Origin: Leptogorgia sarmentosa
Lineage: Eukaryota
Direction: 5' to 3'
NCBI GenBank assembly: GCA_964658305.1
Contig: OZ210885.1
Coordinates: 10,974,001-11,038,000, forward strand
Length of the DNA stretch: 64,000 nt
Of the stretch, positions 39,801 to 50,269 are shown one piece after another. Position numbers and translations under genes: made by a program. Each line of letters opens with the position of its first letter. Positions within the stretch are counted from its first letter, which is position 1. The notes under the pieces are model-generated. The model was not told the origin of the DNA and made no database searches. It saw nothing but the letters and a program-made list of their open reading frames with translations.

Positions 39801-42800
39801 TAAGAAATTGGCCAAAAGTAGAATGACTAAAGCAAAAAAACAGTTGAGTGACCTCATTGAAAGTCGACCACCAGATGTAGCATTACCTAGCAAGAATACA
39901 GTGAGAAGAGCCATAAATAAGATTAATTCTGAGATGACTATTATTGCAAAGATTATTGGTAGTTTGAGAGAAGTCTATGCTTTGGCTGAAAACAATGAAG
40001 AGACTAATACAGTAATCGAAACGTTAGACAAGGAGCTGGATGACATTGGAAATTCAGTTGATGTGATTATTGCAATAGCGGACAAGCTTTTGAAAGAAAG
40101 ACTTAATGCAGGGGAGACCGAGTCAGTATTAATGTCAGTCAAGTCACATGAAGGTGTTGGCAAAAATTCACTACTATCCAAATTACCATCTGAAGTACCA
40201 TCCAAAGTACCAACCAAACCCTCACATGTAGAGCAGAAACAGACTGAAGCCAAAGATGCGCATGACAGGTTGCAAAAAATGGAGAGGGAGCAACAAGAAA
40301 AAGAGCAACAGATGAGAAAACTGGCTGCTGAACTTGAACTTACAAAGCAGCGAACAGACGAAGCAAGAAAGGTAACAGAGATCAATAAGTCACGGGCAGA
40401 GAATGCTGAACGGCTATTAATCGAAGACTGTGCACGTTGAAAGACTTCCTTACAGAACGACAGTTTACAACACAATTTCCTGAAGAAGTACCAGTTGCGA
40501 CCGTAACTAGATCACCCGTCAAGTTGAAAGGTGTCGACCTACCAAAGTTTTCTGGGGAAGATAAAACCAGTTATGAACCCTGGAAGGCAGCATTCATGGC
40601 AATGGTTGATGCTCAGAACATCCCCGTTGGCGAAAAAATGCTCAGGCTACAAAGCAGCTTATCTGACAAAGCACTGGTCTTGGTGAAAGATTTGGGATAA
40701 TCCAGCGCTGCATATGAACGAGCAAAGTTGAAGCTAGAGAAGAGGTATTGGGGAGAGAGACGACAACAAATAAATCACCTTACAACTTTGCGTAATTGGA
40801 TCCCGCATATTGCAAGACCTAGAAGAATTTCAAGCCCTACTAGAGAGAATTTTGATTACTGTAAAGGACTGTGGATCCTTACAAGACCAAAGCCTAAACT
40901 TATCAGCAAAAGAAAAACTAACCGAACACGATGTTCAAGCCCACAAATACTGGTTGATAGACCATGCAAAAGAAGATCGTTTTGAATCATTGGTTGACTG
41001 GGTCGAGCTTAGAGTGCAAATCATGGAGGAGGCGAGAGAAGAGACGGAAGGATTTGGAAGAAAGAATGATGAACGGGGCAAGGGGAATCGTGAAGGAAGA
41101 ACGCGTTTCCGAGGATTCAACACAAGATCTACAGCCAGACATTGCATTGTTAACACCTGCAAACAAGATCATCCACCGTGGGTTTGTGACGCTTTCAAGA
41201 AACTCCCGTGAACAAGAGAAAGGAGTTGATTTCAAAGAGCAGCCGTTTTTATCGGTGCCTGGCAGCTGGTCATCACAGTCAAGATTGTCGTAAAGCAAGG
41301 AAGTGTGGAGTTGAGGGATGCCAAAGCGACAAGCACAGCAGTTATCTTCACGAAAGCATCCCTTCAAATGGAAATACAAATACGGGACAGCAGTTACAAC
41401 CAGAAGCACCAACCTTTAACCCAGGACCACCAGCCGCCCCACAAACAAGAAACGAACGGTCCAGTAGTATGAACTACAATCAACCAGGAATTCGCCCATC
41501 CACCCAAGAGAGGACCCACTAAACGAGTAATGCAGATAATATATCTTTAATTGTCCTTCCAGCCCTTATCAGCAATGGTCAGAAGCAGTAAAAAGTAAAT
41601 GTCATGTTAGATCCATGTTCCACAAGTTCGTAAATTTCGGAACATGCGGCAGGAGAGCTTGAACTACACGGACAGTCGTTGAGTCTGACAATTGCAGGAA
41701 CAGGAGGAACTGAGGTCCAGAAACGTTCCAGGTGCGTGGAACTGTCGGTCGCTAGCCTGAATGGGACATTCTCAGCACCCTTACGAGCACATGTACTAGA
41801 CAACATTGCCGGCGACACACCAGCTTTTCAGTGGGCAGAATTAAAGAGAAATTGGCCTCATCTACACCATGTCTCCTTTGCGAAGGTATCCAGACGACGT
41901 TACATTGATGTTATGATTGGTAGCGATCATCCGTTATTTCATCTGGTGTTAAAGGAAATTCGTGGCAGCCGACCTAACGATCCGATTGCTCGATTGACAA
42001 ACCTAGGTTGGGTTTGCTTTGGTCCTACGTTAGTAGAAGAATTCCCTCGCAAGTCCCGATCCCACTTCACACGGACGTATCGTAGCAACCACGTTAGCCA
42101 GCAACCACCACCTGACGACATCCTGAGAAAATTTTGGGAACTTGAGTCAATAGGATTCAAGGAAGAGACTCGCCAGCCGATGACAGTCGAAGAAAGGGGG
42201 CAATGACGAAAGTAGCTGAGACCCTTACCTTTGAAAATGGTCGTTACACGGTTGGGATACCGTGGATAGAAGATGAACCGAGGTTGGGAAACAATTACGA
42301 TGCTGCTCTAGGGCGGCTCCAAAGTCAAGAGAAGCCACTCAAGCGAAAGGGTCCAGGCATTATGAAACAATACAGTCACATCTTTGAAGAGTATGAACAC
42401 AAAGGTTATATAAAGAAAGTAGCTAAATCCGAGACAAGGGAACAGTGGTTCCTCCCGCATTTCCCCGTTATCAGACCCGATAAAGATACGACGAAGGTCC
42501 GTGTTGTGTTTGACGCTGCGATGAAATGTGAAGGGAAAAGTTTGAATGATACTATACAATCTGGTCCCAAAATGCAACGAGAAATTTTGGACGTTCTACT
42601 CCGTTTCCGTAGGGCACCAGTAGCCCTCACTGCCGATATTTCTGAAATGTTTCTCCAAGTTGGTCTGCGGAAAGAAGACCGTCCATACCATAGGTTCCTG
42701 TGGCGAGATTTTGATGCCTCAAAAGAGCCCGACGTTTACGAGTTTCAAAGATTGTTATTTGGCAATACTGCATCGCCATTCTGCTCGCAGTATGTCCTTC

Positions 42801-45800
42801 ATAGTCATGCACAAGCCAACAAAGTAGACTATCCTGAGGGCCTGAGGCAGCCGAATCTGTGGACAATTCCATGTACGTGGACGATTTACTAGATTCTACC
42901 AAAACTGTCGAAACTGCACAACATCTGCAAAACCAGCTATCTGATGTGTTAGCCATGGCTGGGTTCAATTTACGAAAGTGGTCATCTAATGAGGCAGCAG
43001 TAATAGAGATTATTATATACACAAGCGCTGGATATGAGCTATTCTGCAATCTGATTGGCTCCCTACTAGCAGGATATTAGCTCATATCCTGCTAGTAGAG
43101 AAAAACAAGATGGCCGACAGGTTTGGAGAATTAAGCGAAGAAGACATAAATGTTTTACTGGAAAATGCCACACCAAAGTGCACAGCAAAAACGACGAAAT
43201 TTGGCATGAACGTATTTGACGGTAGGTGAATACTCCGTTTTACAATTGGGCTCTTTTTTAATGTGTTTAACGTTTTAATGCTACAACAAACTGGGATGCA
43301 AATTTTGTAAACAATGGTGGCATTTATGTTTCGATTTACTTGCAGAATGGTTTGCAACTTCTGTAAATTTCGATAAATACATCACCGAAATGACCAAGTC
43401 AGTGCTAAATAATTGCTTAAAGCAATTTTACACGTCTGCAAGGAAGAAAGACGGATCCCACTACAAAAAATCAATGATGAAAGCAATTCGTGCCGCCATC
43501 GAGAGGTTTTTAAGAAAGTCGAAAAAAGGATTCAGTATCGTGGGAGATCCTACCTTTGACGAGGCCAACTCCGTTCTCGACGCTTTTGTAAAAGATTTGA
43601 GGAAGTCGGGAAAAATAGCTGGAACAGTACATAAAAAACCTATTTCCCAAGACGAAATTCAGCGCACCGGTGAATTGGGCCCGGCAAACAGCCAAGATCC
43701 CGCTCAGCTTTTCCGCACTGTTTGGTTCTACTTATGTTTCTACTTCGGTAAAAGAGGCAGGGAAAACCAACGGCAGCTGAAGTCAACCATGCTTATTCTG
43801 AGGTCCACAGCACAAGGAAAAGAGTTCTATGAGCAGAACCGCGAAGTTGCTGGTTCTGTTATGGCAACGAAGAACCACCAAGGCGGTCTGAACGACGCGG
43901 AAGACGAATCCGATGGCAGAATATACAGCATTCCGGGATCGAGTAGATGTCCTGTGGAAACCATCAAAAATGATTTGAAGCATCTTAATCCAGCCTGTGA
44001 AAGCTTGTTTCAGCGCCCAAAAGATGCAAACACCAAGAAGTTCGATGTCAACAACATGGTCTGGTATGCGAACGCCCCTGTCGGCGAGAAGACGCTTGGC
44101 GAGTTGCTTCGTAATATGACCAAAAGAGCGGGAATTGTGCGTCCTTTGACAAACCACTCGATCAGGGCGACATCAGTTACTGTCCTAGCAAATGCAAACG
44201 TGGAAACCCTGTTGATCAAGTCCGTCACTGGCCACAAAAGCGATACATCGATCGAGTCCTACAGCAGCCGTCCGTCTTCTCGTCAACAACAAGTCATGTC
44301 TTCAATATTGAGTAAGTACATCAGCCCAAGCAACACGGCCACAGCTACTGTGAACAGCATCCACGATAAAGAAAACCAGAATGAGCAACAGCCGTCCTGT
44401 TCTTCAGCTGTCATGCCTTCATCGGTGTCCTTTCATGATGACAAGGACCCGACGACCACGGTGAACCAAGCGATCAACTTCAATCAAGCGAACAATGTTA
44501 TGACGAAGAGTCCTGTGTTCAACTTTCATAATTGCAATGTTAATATTTATCACTGAACAAATTTTCACGCTTTATTTTAATCTTAAAAGGACTGTTGAGT
44601 GTTAAACGATGCATTCGAACTCGAAGACAATTTCAACTGTATTCATATCACGTCTTCGTGTTATTACAACCATGTGACACTAATTTATTAGATAATTATT
44701 ATTTGCGCACTGGCCTGTGGGCGCATGTTATGAAATAAATTATTACTTAATTCGCTTTTTATTTTGGTCTTATAATCCAGCGCTTGTGTACATAATAAAC
44801 TCCTAACTCCTCACTCTCGTCGTACATAATAAACTCCTCACTCTCGTCGTATATGGCTGATAGTCGACTCGCCATCCCACGTTGCTTACGCCTTCCAAAC
44901 CCAGAGAGTGTTGATCTACACCTGTTTTCTGATGCGTCTAAAGATGCCTTCGCCTCTGTTGCCTATTTAGTGTGACAGTACACCAGCAGTCCCTCTACTT
45001 CGCGTCTCATTGCGTCAAAGTGCCGTGTCTCACCTTTGAAAGTAATGACAATTCCCCGCGTAGAATTAATGGGTGCAATTCTGTCAAGTCGTCTGGCCAA
45101 AAGCATCTTAACCGTACTAACGGTGGACCGAGGATTTACTGGACAGACTCCGAAAATGTCTATTACTGGGTTCGTAACCAGAGTCGCGAGTTTAAACCGT
45201 TTGTTGCTAATCGGATCGGGGAAATTCAGCGCACAACGAGTCCTGAACAATGGCACCATGTCCTAGGAACCATGAATCCAGCAGATTTACCAACGCGAGG
45301 ACTATCCGCAGCAGACCTTAGTGAGAGCACATTTTGGATCGAAGGCCCACCATTCCTGAGAGACAACGAGACTGCTTGGCCGAAATCACCCCCCAGCAAA
45401 GATGGTCAGAAATTTGATGTTAACGAAAGGAGATCAACTGCAAAGACATATGCGGCGACTAAGACAGACGAATCCATAAGTATTGAGCCTTCACAATTCT
45501 CAAGCCTCAAGCGTCTATATCGTGTGACGGTATGGATTAAGCGTTTCATCAATAACTGCAAAATTCGGGAGAGATCGGCACGAAATTACGAAAAAACTCT
45601 TTCTGCTGATGAGATGTTTGATGCTGAGACGTTTTGGATTAAACATACACAGAGTGAAGCATTTCCTAATGGAGTCCAGGAAAAGTCCCTGGTTCAACAG
45701 AAACCAACTAAACACTACAATGGTCTTCTTCGCATTAATGGTCGGTTACATCACGCGGAAGGCATTCCTCATGAAACGAAGCATCCGATCCTCCTTCCAA

Positions 45801-48800
45801 AGAATCACCCGTTAACACGCCTCATAGTCATTGATACACATGAAATGCTCGGTCATGGGTCAGGTGTGGAGCACACTTTAACACAATTACGAGCGCGATT
45901 TTGGGTTGTGAAAGGACGGCGCGTAGTTCGGAAAACCATCCAGTCTTGTCCAGCGTGTCGGCGACGGTTTTCGGTAAAAACAGCTAGTCAAATGATGGCC
46001 CCCTGACCGGAAGCAAGATTGTATTCGTTAGGAGGCTTTGACCGAATAGGAATTGATTATGCTGGTCCGTTCTTAACAAGACAAGGACGTGGCAAAACTA
46101 GAGCAAAACGCTACTTGTGCCTATTCACTTGCCTTACGACCAGGGCTGTTCATCTGGAGATGTGGTATTCATTAGATACGACCTCGTTTATCAATGCGTT
46201 TACCCGTATGACATCAAGGGGGGGGGACGCCCACATATGTTATCGCGGACAATGGCACGAGTTTTGCTGGCGTGGAAGGGGAAATGTGTGAATTAATTGA
46301 AGCTCTCGACCACGACAAGATCATTCAAGATACCAGCAAATATCATCCCATCGACTGGAAGTTTAATCCGCCATCAGCTCCTCATTTTGGTGGAGTCTTT
46401 GAGGCGATGATTAAAAGCGCGAAAAAAGCTATCAAAGGCTATTAGGAGAGGCAGATATCACGGACGAGGAGTTACACACAGCTATATGCGCAGCTGAACG
46501 ATTATTAAATTCAAGGCCCATTACATACGTTAGCTCAGACCCGAACGATCTCTCACCACTTACGCCGAATCATTTCCTCGTGGGACAAATTGGTGGATCA
46601 TTTGCACCCGACGCACTGGACAAAACAGAAGTGTATAACCCTACGAAGCGATGGCATCGCGTGCAACAGTTGCTGCAGCAATTCTGGAAACGATGGAGAA
46701 GCGAGTTCCTTCCGCGTCTCAACGTCAGAAATAAATGGTTTCATCCAAGACACAATTTAAAGGAAGGTGACGTGGTGCTGATCGCAGAACCCAAGGATTG
46801 CCGAGGAGAATGGCCTGTCGGTCGCGTAATGGAAACCTATCCTGGTGACGATGGTTTTGTGCGGGTCGTCAAAGTGCGGTCGAAGAACAAAGAGTATATG
46901 TGTAATCATGGTAAATTGGTGATGGTAAAGTCGCTGAGTCTTTCCCAGAGAACACGCCATCTACTGAAACATTAAACGGAGCTACAGAGAATAGCCGTTC
47001 CAATCAGCCATGCACAATACTGAACTCTTGCTCAGGTTCACCAAAGCAACACACAATGCCATTAGACGCACGTAACAAGAATTCTCAAAGCACTTCACCC
47101 CAGATTCAAAGTATTGCAACTCGTACTGACACTCGGCGCCCTTCCGTAAACACTGTCCCCAAACATAATCTGACTGTTCCAGTCGGGGACCAGATTGATA
47201 AGAAATATGATGAAACAAAATTTCAAAGTATTCCAACCCGAATCACTACTCGGTGGCCTCGTAAACGAAAGACTACTCGTAGCCGAAAATTGTATAAGAA
47301 GCAAATGTCTGTCAGGCAGGGTTTTTGTCCAGTTCCGTTATTCAACCAAACCGATTGGCATCAATACCTAGACTATGTATCGGAAATAATGCGTCAATAA
47401 ATAATAATAACACTAACTTAACCCATTGCATACCAGTCAGAATAACTACCAGATTCCGTTTTTCCCAAAGAAATGCCATTAACTACAATAGATGCTTAAC
47501 TCCTATACAGCTACAAAAACCTGGTCCGAGTGTTACTAGACAAATTCCGTCTTTCATGGTGCTAAATGCAAGGTCCCTTGCAAAACCTGATGCATACGCC
47601 GCTTTATATGCAGACATAAAAAGTAAAAACATCGATATTTGTTGTATTTCGGAGACTTGGCTAAACAAATCTCATGTGGACAATGTCATTTGCCCTCAAG
47701 GCTTTAATATACTTCGCAAGGACAGAACAAATCGAGTTGGTGGTGGCGTCGCAGTAATGTGTAGAAATGACTGGAAAATTCATGAAATTTTGAGCCTTCG
47801 CAACGAATTCGAATGCTTATGGACAAAAATTGAAACCTTAAATTCACGATATTTTCTGGCAATAATTTACCACCCTCCAAATGCTGAATACAATGAACAT
47901 GATCTTATCGACTTTCTTATAGATTCATGTGAAACTCTCTTATTAAATGATCCGAATTCGAAATTAATCATTGCAGGTGATGTAAATCAAATGGATATCA
48001 AGAAAATAACAAACCACCTTTCGCTTGCTCAATTAGTTAAGTCACCTACTAGAGGTCAACGAATATTAGACGTGTTCCTTACAAATGTACCACATTTTTG
48101 GAAGAAAACAAAGGTGGAGAAAAGTTTGGTAAGATCCGATCATAACATGGTCCTAGTACATCCTAGAGAGCCAGTTAAAGCAATTAGGAAACAAACACTC
48201 TTTCGAGACGTTAGACATCAAAACCAGTTAAAAATGATGCGTGAGCTGGAGAAAGTGGATTGGGATGTTATAACTTCAGACGACAAAACTGTGGACGAAA
48301 TGATCAGTACGTTTTACGCAACCATTAGCCCATTGTTTGAAAAATGCTTCCCGTGTATAAAAGTAAAATTATCTACACGAGACCCTCCATTTATGTCACC
48401 TTTAGTGAAACACTTGCTCAATCTGAGGGAAAAAGCAACGAAAAAGCAAGATTTTGAAACTAAAAATCGGTTACAGGAGAAAATAAATTCACTTATACGA
48501 GAAAACCAAATGAGAGCAGTCAAACAAGAACATAAAAAACACAAAACAGGCTCCAAAAAATGGTGGGAAACTGTGAACAGTATTACATCAAGGACCAAAA
48601 ACAGTATTAAAGTAAGTGCTCAACTTGACCCAAACGAGATTAACACACATTTTAAAAATGTTAACACTGATCCCAATTACACAACTCCGAACATTTGTTC
48701 GATTCCAGAAGGCACAAGAGTTCCTTTCTTATCTATTTATATGGTCCAGTGGTTTTTGAAGAAACAAAAGAAAACTGCTACAGGCCCTGATGACATACCT

Positions 48801-50233
48801 TACTGGTTTTGGAAAAATTTCTCATTTGACCTTGCACCTGTTGTCACAAAAATTTTTAATCGTTCCTTAGCAACAGGCATAGTTCCAAACATTTGGAAAC
48901 AAGCAAATCTGTTACCATTGCCAAAAGAAACCCAGCTTGAAAATTGCAATCAATTGAGGCCAATCTCACTTACTGCTATTATAATGCGATTATTTGAAAG
49001 ATGTGTCCTTGCAAGTGAGCTATCTCATGTAACTGATTTAATTGGGCAAGATCAATTCGCTTATAAGAAAGCGCATAACTCCACCATGGCTCTCATCAAA
49101 GGTCATCACTCCTGGTTGAAATGGTTGGACAATGATGCTAGTTACGTAAGAATTTTCTCTTTTGACTTCAGCAAAGCCTTTGATAATGTTCCGCATGACA
49201 TCCTGTGTACAAAATTGAAAAGTTTGGCCATAAACCCACACATTGTCAACTGGATTATCGATTTTCTGACAAACAGGCAACAAAGAGTTGTAGTGGATGG
49301 CATCATTACAAACTATCTACCCATTAATCGCGGAGTACCGCAAGGAACAGTTTTGGGTCCAATTCTATTTTTGATTATGGTAAACGACATCAAAGTAATT
49401 GACCAAAGAAACGGATTAATTAAATTTGCGGATGATATGACCTTAGGAGTTCCTGGCACGAATGAGGGCGACACTTCTACAATCGAAGTGGAAAACATAA
49501 TTGAGTGGTCGGAAAGAAATCGTATGCCACTAAACATGGGCAAAACTTGGGAAATGGTGATGTGTAAGAGCAATGCGAGTATACCAAATCCAATACCAAT
49601 GATTGAAAGAAAAACCTGGCTTAAAATTCTTGGTACAATACTGCAAGAAAATCCAACAAACTGGGACATGCACTTAGAACAACTGATTAGTAAGGCAAGC
49701 AGCAGAATGCACATAATGCGTACATGCAAATACTATGGAATGACACCCGAACAGTTGGATTTGTTGTTCAACAGCCTTATCATGCCAATACTAACATACG
49801 GAATAGAATTATGGGGATGTGCCTATTATGATAAATACCTGAGACAAATCGACAAATTTATAAATAGAGCGCGCAAATATGGCTATACTACAAAAGATCA
49901 CTCTTTGAAAGACATAATGCACTCCCGAGATAAAAAGTTATGGGTGCAAGTAACATCAAATGTGAACAATCCGTTGCATGAGCTATTGCCTAATGATCTA
50001 GCTAGACCTCTTAGACCCAGGGGACATAAGTATGAATTACCACGAATACGGACAGAACGTTTTAAGAATTCTTTTATAAATCGCTGCTTATTCAATTTTA
50101 TATGATTTTATATTGTACATATTCAGCTACATAAAATATTTAACTTCTTAACTTCTAGAATATTTGTAAATTAGAGCGAACTAACAATTTCCATGTGAAC
50201 TCGGACGGGTGTTTCAGAGTTTTTAATAAAGAC

Positions 50234-50269
<36 letters not shown>

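Noticed and set aside
43390..44556. Phage/bacterial integrase or contamination
   Set aside because: Has a spliceosomal intron and Crypton/DUF3504-type motifs, and is nested in a eukaryotic retrotransposon
39975..49729. Minus-strand ORFs opposite the BEL and LINE
   Set aside because: Antisense shadows of coding frames with no motifs
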